DNA of 40,301 nt from UHGV virus genome UHGV-0127505. One strand, written 5' to 3'. Shown piece after piece: positions 18,599-33,246 of this stretch. The notes under the pieces were generated by a model. That model made no database searches. It worked only from the letters and a program-made list of their open reading frames with translations, and was not told where the DNA came from. The translations under genes and the position numbers were made by a program. Origin of the DNA: a virus. Each line of letters begins with the position of its first letter. The first letter of the stretch is position 1.

Positions 18599-18738
18599 TG
18601 TTTGAGTTTAATATGGCAGAACTTCTTCGCCACCGCTGGGGGCGTCTGCGCTTATATCGTTTCCCCGGTTCTGTTTTGACCGATTACCGAATACTGAAGA
18701 ATTACGCCAAAACCCTGACAGGAGCAGGAGTATGAAGT
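18598..18738 (+). CDS. ylcG: YlcG-like small protein (46 aa)
   Basis: [45 protein letters not shown]; start overlaps the rusA stop. Confidence 0.6.
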
Positions 18739-18820
18739 CAGAGATAACAATCAACTAATACTGTTTTATTGATTTTTGCTTGTAATTGGCGTTCTGGTCT
18801 GATTTTTGTGGAGTAAGTTG

Positions 18821-19204
18821 ATGCGTGATATTCAGATGGTTCTTGAGCGTTGGGGAGCGTGGGCGGCTAATAATCATGAAGATGTGACCTGGTCGTCCAT
18901 TGCCGCCGGTTTTAAGGGATTAATTACTTCAAAAGTAAAATCTCGCCCGCAATGTTGTGACGATGACGCGATGATCATTTGCGGGTGCATGGCCCGTCTG
19001 AAAAAGAACAACAGCGATTTGCACGATTTATTAGTAGATTATTATGTAGTCGGTATGACATTCATGTCACTGGCAGGTAAGCATTGCTGCTCTGATGGTT
19101 ATATCGGGAAAAGGTTACAGAAGGCTGAGGGCATAATTGAAGGGATGTTAATGGCATTAGATATCCGGTTAGAGATGGATATCGTTGTTAATAACTCTAA
19201 TTAA
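18821..19204 (+). CDS. Q: Late-gene antiterminator Q (DLP12 QuuD / phage 21-82 type)
   Basis: 127 aa from [22 protein letters not shown]...; Cys-rich zinc-binding region; last nin-region gene before the lysis cassette. Confidence 0.8.
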   Translation: MRDIQMVLERWGAWAANNHEDVTWSSIAAGFKGLITSKVKSRPQCCDDDAMIICGCMARLKKNNSDLHDLLVDYYVVGMTFMSLAGKHCCSDGYIGKRLQKAEGIIEGMLMALDIRLEMDIVVNNSN

Positions 19205-19236
19205 TACGCCAATTATTTACTAAAAGTTATTAAAAA

Positions 19237-19382
19237 TGGGGCGTTGAAACGCCCCCAAAAATAAAGGGTAATATATAACAGAAGGTTTGTATAGTTAGAA
19301 GCAAGGTTGTGCTTCTAAAGGAAGTGGCTTGAGGGAGCCACTTATATGTTGGGGAGGCAAAGCCTCCCACAACATATCTTTT
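19237..19382. terminator. Hairpin cluster between Q and the porin gene (candidate tR'/6S-region and convergent terminators)
   Basis: GGGGCG-ttgaaa-CGCCCC (19238-19255); TAGAAGCA...TGCTTCTA; AAGTGGCT...AGCCACTT; ATATGTTGGGGAGGC-aaa-GCCTCCCACAACATAT followed by CTTTT. Confidence 0.55.
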
Positions 19383-19392
19383 AGTAATCAAA

Positions 19393-20475
19393 TTAGAACT
19401 GGTAAACCATACCTACAGCAACGATATCATCGGTAGCAACGCCAGATGCTTTCGTGAAATCGCTCTTATCAATCAGGTTGATTTTGTAGTCAACAAAAGT
19501 GGACATATTTTTGTTGAAGTAATAGGTTGCACCTACATCAACATATTCAACCAGGTCCTGATCACCCCAAACACCCAAGTCTTTTCCTTTAGAATGCAGG
19601 TAAGCAACGGATGGACGCAGGCCGAAGTCGAACTGATATTGTGCAACAGCTTCGAAGTTTTGTGCTTTGTTGGCAATATGGTTATTACCAAAAACAGTCA
19701 TGTTCTGGGTTTCAGAATAGGTGGTGGCCAGATAGATGTTGTTCGCATCATATTTCAGACCAGCTGCCCATACTTCAGCATTTTGACCAGATGCATTCAG
19801 GCTGTTGTTACCGTAGATAACCTGATTATTAGTGCGGTCAGATTTAGCATAGGTTGCACCTACACCGAATCCTTCATACTCATAAGTAGTGGAGAAACCG
19901 AAACCATCACCATTAGCTTCAGTTACGTCAGTGCGGTCATTTTTACCCTGATACTGAGCAGCAACGTTCAGACCATCAACCAGACCAAAGAAGTCATTGT
20001 TACGATAAGTTGCAACACCTGTGGTGCGACCAGTCATGAATACATCTGTTTGGGTCCAGGTATCGCCACCGAATTCTGGCAGAACGTCAGTCCACGCACC
20101 GATGTCGTATGCTACACCGTAGTTACGGCCGTAATCGATTGAGCCGTAGTCACCGAATTTCAGGCCTGCAAATGCAAGACGGGTTTTGTCTTTGGAGGAA
20201 CCTTGAGATTCAGCGCGGTTGCCTTTGAATTCATATTCCCACTGACCGAAACCAGTCAGTTGATCGTTGATTTGGGTTTCACCTTTGAAGCCAAGACGGG
20301 CATAAGTAGTATCACCATCATCTGCATCATTAGAGGAGAAGTAGTGCTTAGCATTAACTTTCCCGTACAGATCCAGCTTGTTACTGTCTTTATTATAAAT
20401 TTCAGCTGCCTGAGCAGACATCGCCATCAGTACTGATGCAGCTACAGCAGAAATTGCCACTGTTAATTTTTTCAT
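19393..20475 (-). CDS. nmpC: Phage-encoded outer-membrane porin (NmpC/Lc/OmpC family), lysogenic-conversion gene
   Basis: 360 aa with signal peptide, C-terminal VGMVYQF beta-barrel signature; located between Q and S as in DLP12. Confidence 0.9.
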   Translation of the reverse strand: MKKLTVAISAVAASVLMAMSAQAAEIYNKDSNKLDLYGKVNAKHYFSSNDADDGDTTYARLGFKGETQINDQLTGFGQWEYEFKGNRAESQGSSKDKTRLAFAGLKFGDYGSIDYGRNYGVAYDIGAWTDVLPEFGGDTWTQTDVFMTGRTTGVATYRNNDFFGLVDGLNVAAQYQGKNDRTDVTEANGDGFGFSTTYEYEGFGVGATYAKSDRTNNQVIYGNNSLNASGQNAEVWAAGLKYDANNIYLATTYSETQNMTVFGNNHIANKAQNFEAVAQYQFDFGLRPSVAYLHSKGKDLGVWGDQDLVEYVDVGATYYFNKNMSTFVDYKINLIDKSDFTKASGVATDDIVAVGMVYQF

Positions 20476-20902
20476 CGTGAGCCCTTTTTTTTGAACTATT
20501 ATTAAAAAATGATGTCACTGCGCGATAAATATTCATCTAATCAATGTGATTATTTCAAGATGTAAGTTTTAGTTTCTCATTTAATTTGTGAAGTAGATCT
20601 CTATTTTTATCTGAACTTTTTCTATCGAAACCTATTTATGGCTCTTGGCTGAATAAAAATAAATCTATTAGCCAATTTATATTAACGGCTGTTATTTATA
20701 AGTGCTCTATAATTTGAAGGTTCAATTTAAACCGGCTAAAAATAACACTGGAAATTATTTTTTGGTTATTTGTTGAGATTTGCTTATGTATTTGTAGTGG
20801 TGTTTTCAATACTCGGTAGCATTCTCGCAAATATCATTTAGTGGTTTACGTACGTAAAAAATTGGTTATGCTGTTAAGAGTGGTTACTTCGTCACACAGC
20901 TT

Positions 20903-20936
20903 AAACCCGCCGTCGAGCGGGTTTTTCCATTTTTTG
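20903..20936 (+). terminator. Rho-independent terminator upstream of the lysis cassette (candidate tR')
   Basis: ACCCGC-cgtcga-GCGGGT followed by TTTTCCATTTTTT. Confidence 0.6.
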
Positions 20937-21047
20937 AGTCTCGATATTAGCTGATAACCCAATACCTGAGTTATTCACTGACTCCGAGTCTGTTACGTTT
21001 CGTAGTATTCCCTCAATTTACACCCGCTTTGTCTGCGAGGTGGGGTT

Positions 21048-21263
21048 ATGAAATCCATGGATAAGTTAACAACGGGTGTCGCCTATGGCACCTCAGCAGG
21101 TAGTGCCGGGTACTGGTTTTTACAGCTGCTCGATAAAGTCACGCCCTCACAGTGGGCGGCAATTGGAGTGCTGGGTAGCCTGGTATTTGGCCTGCTGACG
21201 TACCTGACAAACCTTTATTTCAAGATTAAAGAAGATAAGCGCAAGGCTGCGAGAGGTGAATAA
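21048..21263 (+). CDS. S: Pinholin (phage 21 S21-type class II holin)
   Basis: 71 aa with two TM segments; [29 protein letters not shown]... Confidence 0.85.
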
Positions 21264-21760
21264 TGCCTCCATCATTACGAAAAGTCGTTGCTGCTGCTAT
21301 TGGTGGCGGAGCAATTGCTATAGCATCAGTGTTAATCACTGGCCCAAGTGGTAACGATGGTCTGGAAGGTGTCAGCTACATACCATACAAAGATATTGTT
21401 GGTGTATGGACTGTATGTCACGGGCATACAGGAAAAGACATCATGCTCGGTAAAACGTATACCAAAGCAGAATGCAAAGCCCTCCTGAATAAAGACCTTG
21501 CCACGGTCGCCAGACAAATTAACCCGTACATCAAAGTCGATATACCGGAAACAACGCGCGGCGCTCTTTACTCATTCGTTTACAACGTGGGTGCTGGCAA
21601 TTTCAGAACATCGACGCTTCTTCGCAAAATAAACCACGGTGATATCAAAGGCGCATGTGATCAGCTACGGCGCTGGACATACGCTGGCGGTAATCAATGG
21701 AAAGGACTGATGACTCGCCGTGAGATTGAGCGTGAAGTCTGTTTGTGGGGGAAACAATGA
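21263..21760 (+). CDS. R: SAR endolysin (phage 21 R21-type lysozyme)
   Basis: 165 aa; N-terminal signal-anchor-release segment ([18 protein letters not shown]) followed by a lysozyme domain. Confidence 0.85.
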   Translation: MPPSLRKVVAAAIGGGAIAIASVLITGPSGNDGLEGVSYIPYKDIVGVWTVCHGHTGKDIMLGKTYTKAECKALLNKDLATVARQINPYIKVDIPETTRGALYSFVYNVGAGNFRTSTLLRKINHGDIKGACDQLRRWTYAGGNQWKGLMTRREIEREVCLWGKQ

Positions 21761-22224
21761 GCAGAGTAACCGCGATTATCTCCGCTCTGGTTATCTGCAT
21801 CATCGTCTGCCTGTCATGGGCTGTTAATCATTACCGTGATAACGCCATTACCTACAAAGCCCAGCGCGACAAAAATGTCAGAGAACTGAAGCTGGCGAAC
21901 GCGGCAATTACTGACATGCAGATGCGTCAGCGTGATGTTGCTGCGCTCGATGCAAAATACACGAAGGAGTTAGCTGATGCGAAAGCTGAAAATGATGCTC
22001 TTCTGCGGAAGCTTGATAATGGTGGCAGGGTGCTCGTCAAAGGAAAATGCCCTGTGCCATCCTCTGCCGAAACCTCCAGCGCCTCCGGCATGGGCAATGA
22101 TGCCACCGTCGAACTCTCTCCAGTTGCTGGACGAAACGTTCTCGATATCCGGGACGGAATTATCCGCGACCAAACAGCACTGAGAACGCTTCAGGAATAC
22201 ATTAGGACGCAATGCCTTCGATGA
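21757..22224 (+). CDS. Rz: Rz i-spanin
   Basis: N-terminal TM segment then coiled coil; follows the endolysin. Confidence 0.8.
   Translation: MSRVTAIISALVICIIVCLSWAVNHYRDNAITYKAQRDKNVRELKLANAAITDMQMRQRDVAALDAKYTKELADAKAENDALLRKLDNGGRVLVKGKCPVPSSAETSSASGMGNDATVELSPVAGRNVLDIRDGIIRDQTALRTLQEYIRTQCLR
21977..22183 (+). CDS. Rz1: Rz1 o-spanin lipoprotein, embedded in Rz in the +1 frame
   Basis: AAGGAG ribosome-binding site; lipobox MVAGC; proline-rich ([11 protein letters not shown]); entirely inside Rz. Confidence 0.8.
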   Translation: MRKLKMMLFCGSLIMVAGCSSKENALCHPLPKPPAPPAWAMMPPSNSLQLLDETFSISGTELSATKQH

Positions 22225-22566
22225 TAGCGATAATTTTACTCATCATCCTTCACATCTGGCTCTGTAGACAGGGTGGTGATCACTTCTGGAGTAAATCCAG
22301 ATTAAACATCTCATTGCTGATGCTTGATATTGAGCATCTGGCGCGCAGTAAGGGGCTGCGTTGAGATAAGAGCCAGTTCATTACAAATACCAGGATTTAG
22401 CCTCGCATTCGCGGGGCTTTTTATATCTGAATTTCACAGCGCATCTCACGCGCATATTAACGAGAGCCTTTCAGTAAGCGAGCCTGAGAAATGCCGTTAT
22501 AGGTGGCGACCTCTCTCGGGCGGCTTTTCTGTGAGACAGGCTCACTTTCTAAAAGGTAAAGACGCT

Positions 22567-23091
22567 ATGAATAATCATTCAGTTATTCCAGCCTTCGACT
22601 TCCGAGAAATGGTGCAAGCCAAAAACGGAGAGGTCGTTACCACATCCAGAAAAATTGCCAAGTACTTCGGCAAGCGACACGGTGATGTTCTCAGGAAAAT
22701 CGAGCAGGTTAAGGCTGATTGCTCGCGTGAGTTTAGCCAACGCAATTTTGCGTCGGCTGATTATATCGATGAGCAGGGCAAGGTTCGCCCGATGTACAGC
22801 CTGACGAAAGATGGCTGGATCATGGTTGTGATGGGGTTCACCGGGAAAGCTGCTGCGGCAATCAAGGAGAGCTATATCGCAGCATTCAACTGGATGGCAG
22901 AACAACTGAGCCGCCGCATGGCAATTGGCGAAGAAATGCAGCACCGCTACGCCATCAAAGAAACACGCTCAAAGCTGAAAGGTACGATCGGCAGTCGGTT
23001 AATGAACGAACGGAAGAAAGAGAAGCGTGTCCTGGCTGTCGAGCATGAATACATCTTGCAGGTGACACAGCCTGAACTGCTGATTAATTGA
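22567..23091 (+). CDS. rha: Rha-family phage regulatory protein
   Basis: 174 aa from MNNHSVIPAFDFREMVQAKNGEVVTTSRKIAKYFGKRHGDVLRKIEQV (Rha N-terminal domain). Confidence 0.7.
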   Translation: MNNHSVIPAFDFREMVQAKNGEVVTTSRKIAKYFGKRHGDVLRKIEQVKADCSREFSQRNFASADYIDEQGKVRPMYSLTKDGWIMVVMGFTGKAAAAIKESYIAAFNWMAEQLSRRMAIGEEMQHRYAIKETRSKLKGTIGSRLMNERKKEKRVLAVEHEYILQVTQPELLIN

Positions 23092-23394
23092 AGATGTCAT
23101 TACAAAGCCTATCTACGGGGGGGCTTGATAATGGCTTATACCCTGCACGGGATAACTTAACTGATATCCCTTTTAACGGATAAAGGTATTCAAGCCTGAC
23201 ACATCATGCGCTGTATCGTCGCCGTATTCCCGCATTAACCATGACCGTAGCCCGACGGGGAATTCCTTCTGCGTGAGTGTGCGGGAATAATCAAAAACGA
23301 TGCACACCGGGTTATTAACGCGTCAACTGAACGCGGGGTTGCTCTTCATGTCAGCCAGTCCGGTGCAGGGGTAGAAGAAACCGGACGTTATGGT

Positions 23395-23805
23395 TTAGTG
23401 TGGAAACATTTGTGATGTGCTCTGTATGTTTTCAGTAAAGAGTAATGAATTATCAAAGGTATAGTAATATCTTTTTTGTTCGTGGATATTTGTAACCCAC
23501 CGAAAAACTCCTGCTTTAGCAAGGTTTCTTCTGTATTCCTGAAATGTGATCTCTCTGGATTTCAGCTTATTAGAGGTCGTTTCTATAAGATGCCTATCCT
23601 TTGAAAATTTGACAGACACAATGTTTTTTAGGCCCTTTAATAACACTGTATTATCATTTTTTAATACAATATGAACATTCTCTGTGGCTAAATAGTAAAT
23701 GTAATGTGAGACATTGTGACGTTTTAGCTCAGAATAAAACCATTGATAGTTTAAATCGTTTCGAACTTTATCAAATATTTGTTTAAAAATGACTACCTGA
23801 TCCAT
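23395..23805 (-). CDS. DUF1398-family protein (YbcV/YdfO-like), AT-rich
   Basis: 136 aa from ATG 23805 with GGAAGG ribosome-binding site; family from recall. Confidence 0.6.
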   Translation of the reverse strand: MDQVVIFKQIFDKVRNDLNYQWFYSELKRHNVSHYIYYLATENVHIVLKNDNTVLLKGLKNIVSVKFSKDRHLIETTSNKLKSREITFQEYRRNLAKAGVFRWVTNIHEQKRYYYTFDNSLLFTENIQSTSQMFPH

Positions 23806-23863
23806 AGATAAACCTTCCATGTGATATGAGGGGGGCGTAGTCTGCACGATTATCTAAATTGCT

Positions 23864-24097
23864 TCAATCTGGTCTGATCTGTTTTCTGAGCAATTCAGTA
23901 ATGTCACTCTTTTCTTTGTTTGCTTCAGGAGAAACTCTTTTTTCTGAGCACAGTCTCCGGCGGCAGGCTTCAATGACCCAGGCTGAGAAATTCCCGGACC
24001 CTTTTTGATCAAGAGCGATGTTAATTTGTTCAATCATTTGGTTAGGAAAGCGGATGTTGCGGGTTGTTGTTCTGCGGGTTCTGTTCTTCGTTGACAT
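23864..24097 (-). CDS. Small ribbon-helix-helix-like DNA-binding protein (YlcI/DUF3950-like)
   Basis: 77 aa; basic N-terminus then RNIRFPNQMIEQINIAL...NFSAWVIEACRRRL consistent with an RHH fold; directly upstream of the DUF1398 gene. Confidence 0.5.
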   Translation of the reverse strand: MSTKNRTRRTTTRNIRFPNQMIEQINIALDQKGSGNFSAWVIEACRRRLCSEKRVSPEANKEKSDITELLRKQIRPD

Positions 24098-24179
24098 GAG
24101 GTTGTCCCGTATTCAGTGTCGCTGATTTGTATTGTCTGAAGTTGTTTTTACGTTAAGTTGATGCAGATCAATTAATACG

Positions 24180-24480
24180 ATATCTGCGTCATAATTGATT
24201 ATTTGACGTGGTTTGATTGCGTAGATGCACGTTGTGACATGCAGATGATAATTATTATCATTTTACGGGTCCTTTCCGGCGATCCGGGCTGTTACGGGGC
24301 GGCGACCTCGCGGGTTTTCGCTATTTATGAAAATTTTCCGGTTTAAGGCATTTCCGTTCTTCTTCGTCGTAACTTAATGTTTTTATTTAAAATACCCCCT
24401 GAAAAGAAAGGAAACGACAGGTGCTGAAAACGAGCTTTTGGGCCTCTGTCGTTTCCTTTCTCTGTTTTTGGCCGTGGAAT
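24180..24480. other. cos: cos site (cosQ-cosN-cosB); 12-nt cohesive end GGGCGGCGACCT at 24297..24308
   Basis: Sequence GGGCGGCGACCTCGCGGGTTTTCGCTATTTATGAAAATTTTCCGGTTTAAGG reads as the lambda left end; nu1 follows. Confidence 0.95.
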
Positions 24481-24485
24481 GAACA

Positions 24486-25005
24486 ATGGAAGTCAACAAA
24501 AAGCAGCTGGCTGACATTTTCGGTGCGAGTATCCGTACCATTCAGAACTGGCAGGAACAGGGAATGCCCGTTCTGCGAGGCGGTGGCAAGGGTAATGAGG
24601 TGCTTTATGACTCTGCCGCCGTTATAAAATGGTATGCCGAAAGGGATGCTGAAATTGAGAACGAAAAGCTGCGCCGGGAGGTTGAAGAACTGCGGCAGGC
24701 CAGCGAGGCAGATCTCCAGCCAGGGACTATTGAGTACGAACGCCATCGACTTACGCGTGCGCAGGCCGACGCACAGGAACTGAAGAATGCCAGAGACTCC
24801 GCTGAAGTGGTGGAAACCGCATTCTGTACTTTCGTGCTGTCGCGGATCGCAGGTGAAATTGCCAGTATTCTCGACGGGATCCCCCTGTCGGTGCAGCGGC
24901 GTTTTCCGGAACTGGAAAACCGACATGTTGATTTCCTGAAACGGGATATCATCAAAGCCATGAACAAAGCAGCCGCGCTGGATGAACTGATACCGGGGTT
25001 GCTGA

Positions 25006-25031
<26 letters not shown>
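24486..25031 (+). CDS. nu1: Terminase small subunit Nu1
   Basis: 181 aa; reads as lambda Nu1. Confidence 0.97.
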
Positions 25032-28712
<3,681 letters not shown>

Positions 28713-28732
<20 letters not shown>

Positions 28733-30032
28733 TCTCCCGCATATTGCCAGCATGGCTTTTAATGAGCCGCTGATGCTTGAACCCGCCTATGCGCGGGTTT
28801 TCTTTTGTGCGCTTGCAGGCCAGCTTGGGATCAGCCGCCTGACGGATGCGGTGTCCGGCGACAGCCTGACTGCCCAGGAGGCACTCGCGACGCTGGCATT
28901 ATCCGGTGATGATGACGGACCACGACAGGCCCGCAGTTATCAGGTCATGAACGGCATCGCCGTGCTGCCGGTGTCCGGCACGCTGGTCAGCCGGACGCGG
29001 GCGCTGCAGCCGTACTCGGGGATGACCGGTTACAACGGCATTATCGCCCGTCTGCAACAGGCTGCCAGCGATCCGATGGTGGACGGCATTCTGCTCGATA
29101 TGGACACGCCCGGCGGGATGGTGGCGGGGGCATTTGACTGCGCTGACATCATCGCCCGTGTGCGTGACATAAAGCCGGTATGGGCGCTGGCCAATGACAT
29201 GAACTGCAGCGCAGGTCAGCTGCTTGCCAGTGCCGCCTCCCGGCGTCTGGTCACGCAGACCGCCCGGACAGGCTCCATCGGCGTCATGATGGCTCACAGT
29301 AATTACGGCGCTGCACTGGAGAAACAGGGCGTGGAAATCACGCTGATTTACAGCGGCAGCCATAAGGTGGATGGCAACCCCTACAGCCATCTACCGGATG
29401 ATGTCCGGGAAACATTGCAGTCCCGGATGGATGCAACCCGCCGGATGTTTGCACAGAAGGTGTCGGCATATACCGGCCTGTCCGTGCAGGCTGTGCTGGA
29501 TACCGAGGCTGCAGTGTACAGCGGTCAGGAGGCCATTGATGCCGGACTGGCTGATGAACTTGTCAACAGCACCGATGCGATCACCGTTATGCGTGATGCA
29601 CTGGATGCACGTAAATCCCGTCTCTCAGGAGGGCGAATGACCAAAGAGACTCAATCAACAACTGTTTCAGCCACTGCTTCGCAGGCTGACGTTACTGACG
29701 TGGTGCCAGCGACGGAGGGCGAAAACGCCAGCGCGGCGCAGCCGGACGTGAACGCGCAGATCACCGCTGCGGTTGCGGCAGAAAACAGCCGCATTATGGG
29801 GATCCTCAACTGTGAGGAGGCTCACGGACGCGAAGAACAGGCCCGCGTGCTGGCAGAAACCCCCGGTATGACCGTGGAAACGGCCCGCCGCATTCTGGCT
29901 GCAGCACCACAGAGTGCACAGGCGCGCAGTGACACTGCGCTGGATCGTCTGATGCAGGGGGCACCGGCACCGCTGGCTGCAGGTAACCCGGCATCTGATG
30001 CCGTTAACGATTTGCTGAACACACCAGTGTAA
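28713..30032 (+). CDS. C: Head maturation protease C (S49 family), GTG start
   Basis: 439 aa from GTG 28713 preceded by AGGAGGAG; reads as lambda C. Confidence 0.9.
29427..30032 (+). CDS. nu3: Scaffolding protein Nu3 (in-frame internal start within C)
   Basis: Internal ATG (MDATRRMFAQKV...) in the same frame as C, as in lambda. Confidence 0.8.
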   Translation: MDATRRMFAQKVSAYTGLSVQAVLDTEAAVYSGQEAIDAGLADELVNSTDAITVMRDALDARKSRLSGGRMTKETQSTTVSATASQADVTDVVPATEGENASAAQPDVNAQITAAVAAENSRIMGILNCEEAHGREEQARVLAETPGMTVETARRILAAAPQSAQARSDTALDRLMQGAPAPLAAGNPASDAVNDLLNTPV

Positions 30033-30041
30033 GGGATGTTT

Positions 30042-30374
30042 ATGACGAGCAAAGAAACCTTTACCCATTACCAGCCGCTGGGCAACAGTGACCCGGCTCA
30101 TACCGCAACCGCGCCCGGCGGATTGAGCAAGAAAACGCCAGCAATGACCCCGCTGATGCTGAACACCTCCACCCGTAAGCTGGTTGCGTGGGATGGCACC
30201 ACCGACGGTGCTGCCGTTGGCATTCTTGCGGTTGCTGCTGACCAGACCAGCACCACACTGACGTTCTACAAGTCCGGCACGTTCCGTTATGAGGATGTGC
30301 TCTGGCCGGAGGCTGCCAGCGACGAGACGAAAAAACGGACCGCGTTTGCCGGAACGGCAATCAGCATCGTTTAA
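30042..30374 (+). CDS. D: Head decoration protein D
   Basis: 110 aa from [27 protein letters not shown]... Confidence 0.95.
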   Translation: MTSKETFTHYQPLGNSDPAHTATAPGGLSKKTPAMTPLMLNTSTRKLVAWDGTTDGAAVGILAVAADQTSTTLTFYKSGTFRYEDVLWPEAASDETKKRTAFAGTAISIV

Positions 30375-30429
30375 CCTGACCCTTCATCACTAAAGGCCGC
30401 CTGTGCGGCTTTTTTTATGGGATTTTTTT

Positions 30430-31455
30430 ATGTCGATGTACACAACCGCCCAACTGCTGGCGGCAAATGAGCAGAAATTTAAGTTTGATCCGCTGTTTCT
30501 GCGTCTCTTTTTCCGTGAGAGCTATCCCTTCACTACGGAGAAAGTCTATCTCTCACAAATTCCGGGACTGGTAAACATGGCGCTGTACGTTTCGCCGATT
30601 GTTTCCGGTGAGGTTATCCGCTCCCGTGGCGGCTCCACCTCTGAATTTACACCGGGATATGTCAAGCCGAAGCATGAGGTGAATCCGCAGATGACCCTGC
30701 GTCGCCTGCCGGATGAAGATCCGCAGAATCTGGCGGACCCGGCTTACCGCCGCCGTCGCATCATCATGCAGAACATGCGCGACGAAGAGCTGGCCATTGC
30801 TCAGGTCGAAGAGATGCAGGCAGTTTCTGCCGTGCTCAAGGGCAAATACACCATGACCGGTGAAGCCTTCGATCCGGTTGAGGTGGATATGGGCCGCAGT
30901 GCGGCGAACAACATCACGCAGTCCGGCGTCACGGAGTGGAGCAAGCGTGACAAGTCCACGTATGACCCGACCGATGATATTGAAGCCTACGCGCTGAACG
31001 CCAGCGGTGTGGTGAATATCATCGTGTTTGACCCGAAAGGCTGGGCGCTGTTCCGTTCCTTCAAAGCCGTCAGGGAGAAGCTGGATACCCGTCGCGGCTC
31101 TCATTCCGAACTGGAGACAGCGGTAAAAGACCTGGGCAAAGCGGTGTCTTATAAGGGAATGTATGGCGATGTGGCCATCGTCGTGTATTCCGGACAGTAC
31201 GTGGAAAACGGCGTCAAAAAGAACTTCCTGCCGGACAACACGATGGTGCTGGGTAACACTCATGCACGCGGTCTGCGCACCTATGGCTGTATTCAGGATG
31301 CGGATGCATTGAGTGAGGGTATTAATGCGTCTCCCCGTTATCCGAAAAACTGGAAGACATCCGGCGATCCGGCGCGAGAGTTCACCATGATTCAGTCAGC
31401 ACCGCTGATGCTGCTGGCTGATCCTGATGAGTTCGTGTCCGTTCAACTGGCGTAA
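30430..31455 (+). CDS. E: Major capsid protein E
   Basis: 341 aa from MSMYTTAQLLAANEQKFKFDPLFLRLF... Confidence 0.97.
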   Translation: MSMYTTAQLLAANEQKFKFDPLFLRLFFRESYPFTTEKVYLSQIPGLVNMALYVSPIVSGEVIRSRGGSTSEFTPGYVKPKHEVNPQMTLRRLPDEDPQNLADPAYRRRRIIMQNMRDEELAIAQVEEMQAVSAVLKGKYTMTGEAFDPVEVDMGRSAANNITQSGVTEWSKRDKSTYDPTDDIEAYALNASGVVNIIVFDPKGWALFRSFKAVREKLDTRRGSHSELETAVKDLGKAVSYKGMYGDVAIVVYSGQYVENGVKKNFLPDNTMVLGNTHARGLRTYGCIQDADALSEGINASPRYPKNWKTSGDPAREFTMIQSAPLMLLADPDEFVSVQLA

Positions 31456-31496
31456 TCATGGCCCTTCGGGGCCATTGTTTCTCTGTGGAGGAGTCC

Positions 31497-31892
31497 ATGA
31501 CGAAAGATGAACTGATTGCCCGTCTCCGCTCGCTGGGTGAACAACTGAACCGTGATATCAGCCTGACGGGGACGAAGGAAGAACTGGCGCTCCGTGTGGC
31601 AGAGCTGGAAGAAGAGCTTGATGACACGGGCGACACTGCCGATCAGGATACCCCTCTCAGCCCGGAAAATGTGCTGACCGGACATGAAAATGAGGTTGTA
31701 TCAGCGCAGCCGGATACCGTGACTGATACGGCTGATCTGGTCACGGTTGTGGCACTGGTGACGCTGCATACTGATGCACTTCACGCCACGCGGGATGAGG
31801 CTGTGGCATTTGTGCTGCCGGGAACGGCGTTCCGTGTCTCTGCCGGTGTGGCAGCTGAAATGACAGAGCGCGGCCTGGCCAGAATGCAATAA
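31497..31892 (+). CDS. FI: DNA-packaging protein FI
   Basis: 132 aa from MTKDELIARLRSLGEQL... Confidence 0.9.
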   Translation: MTKDELIARLRSLGEQLNRDISLTGTKEELALRVAELEEELDDTGDTADQDTPLSPENVLTGHENEVVSAQPDTVTDTADLVTVVALVTLHTDALHATRDEAVAFVLPGTAFRVSAGVAAEMTERGLARMQ

Positions 31893-31903
31893 CGGGAGGC
31901 GCT

Positions 31904-32257
31904 GTGGCTGATTTCGATAACCTGTTCGATGCTGCCATTGCCTGCGCCGATGAAACGATACGCGGGTACATGGGAACGTCAGCCACCATGACATCCGGTG
32001 AGCAGTCCGGTGCTGTGATACGTGGTGTTTTTGATGACCCTGAAAATATCAGCTATGCCGGACAGGGCGTGCGCGTTGAAGGCTCCAGCCCGTCCCTGTT
32101 TGTCCGGACTGATGATGTGCGGCAGCTGCGGCGCGGCGACACGCTGACCATCGGTGAGGAAAACTTCTGGATAGACCGGATTTCGCCGGATGATGGCGGA
32201 AGCTGTCATCTCTGGCTTGGGCGGGGCGTACCGCCTGCCGTTAACCGTCGCCGCTGA
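31904..32257 (+). CDS. FII: Head-tail joining protein FII (GTG start)
   Basis: 117 aa, lambda FII size and position. Confidence 0.9.
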   Translation: MADFDNLFDAAIACADETIRGYMGTSATMTSGEQSGAVIRGVFDDPENISYAGQGVRVEGSSPSLFVRTDDVRQLRRGDTLTIGEENFWIDRISPDDGGSCHLWLGRGVPPAVNRRR

Positions 32258-32268
32258 AAGGGGGATGT

Positions 32269-32847
32269 ATGGCCATAAAAGGTCTTGAGCAGGCCGTTGA
32301 AAACCTCAGCCGTATCAGCAGAACGGCGGTGCCTGGTGCCGCCGCAATGGCCATTAACCGCGTTGCGTCATCCGCGATATCGCAGTCTGCGTCACAGGTT
32401 GCCCGTGAGACAAAGGTACGCCGGAAACTGGTAAAGGAAAGGGCCAGGCTGAAAAGGGCCACGGTCAAAAATCCGCAGGCCAGAATCAGGGTTAACCGGG
32501 GGGATTTGCCCGTAATCAAGCTGGGTAATGCGCGGGTTGTCCTTTCGCGCCGCAGGCGTCGTAAAAAGGGGCAGCGTTCATCCCTGAAAGGTGGCGGCAG
32601 CGTGCTTGTGGTGGGTAACCGTCGTATTCCCGGCGCGTTTATTCAGCAACTGAAAAATGGCCGCTGGCATGTCATGCAGCGTGTGGCCGGGAAAAACCGT
32701 TACCCCATTGATGTGGTGAAAATCCCGATGGCGGTGCCGCTGACCACGGCGTTTAAACAAAATATTGAGCGGATACGGCGTGAACGTCTTCCGAAAGAGC
32801 TGGGCTATGCGCTGCAGCATCAACTGAGGATGGTAATAAAGCGATGA
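32269..32847 (+). CDS. Z: Tail completion protein Z
   Basis: 192 aa, lambda Z size and position. Confidence 0.92.
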   Translation: MAIKGLEQAVENLSRISRTAVPGAAAMAINRVASSAISQSASQVARETKVRRKLVKERARLKRATVKNPQARIRVNRGDLPVIKLGNARVVLSRRRRRKKGQRSSLKGGGSVLVVGNRRIPGAFIQQLKNGRWHVMQRVAGKNRYPIDVVKIPMAVPLTTAFKQNIERIRRERLPKELGYALQHQLRMVIKR

Positions 32848-33239
32848 AACATACTGAACTCCGTGCAGCCGTACTGGATGCACTGGAGAAGCATGACACC
32901 GGGGCGACGCTTTTTGATGGTCGCCCCGCTGTTTTTGATGAGGAAGATTTTCCGGCAATTGCCGTTTATCTCACCGGCGCTGAATACACGGGCGAAGAGC
33001 TGGACAGCGATACCTGGCAGGCGGAGCTGCATATTGAAGTTTTCCTGCCTGCTCAGGTGCCGGATTCAGAGCTGGATTCGTGGATGGAGTCCCGGATTTA
33101 TCCGGTGATGAGCGATATCCCGGCACTGTCAGATTTGATCACCAGTATGGTGGCCAGTGGCTATGACTACCGGCGCGACGATGATGCGGGCCTGTGGAGT
33201 TCAGCCGATCTGACTTATGTCATTACCTATGAAATGTGA
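32844..33239 (+). CDS. U: Tail terminator protein U
   Basis: 131 aa, lambda U size and position. Confidence 0.92.
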   Translation: MKHTELRAAVLDALEKHDTGATLFDGRPAVFDEEDFPAIAVYLTGAEYTGEELDSDTWQAELHIEVFLPAQVPDSELDSWMESRIYPVMSDIPALSDLITSMVASGYDYRRDDDAGLWSSADLTYVITYEM

Positions 33240-33246
33240 GGACGAT

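Noticed and set aside
22324-22566. N-terminal extension of the Rha ORF (ORF-track start at 22324)
   Set aside because: The conserved Rha N-terminus begins at MNNHSV (22567); the upstream segment uses a non-ATG start and lies in a terminator-containing intergenic region.
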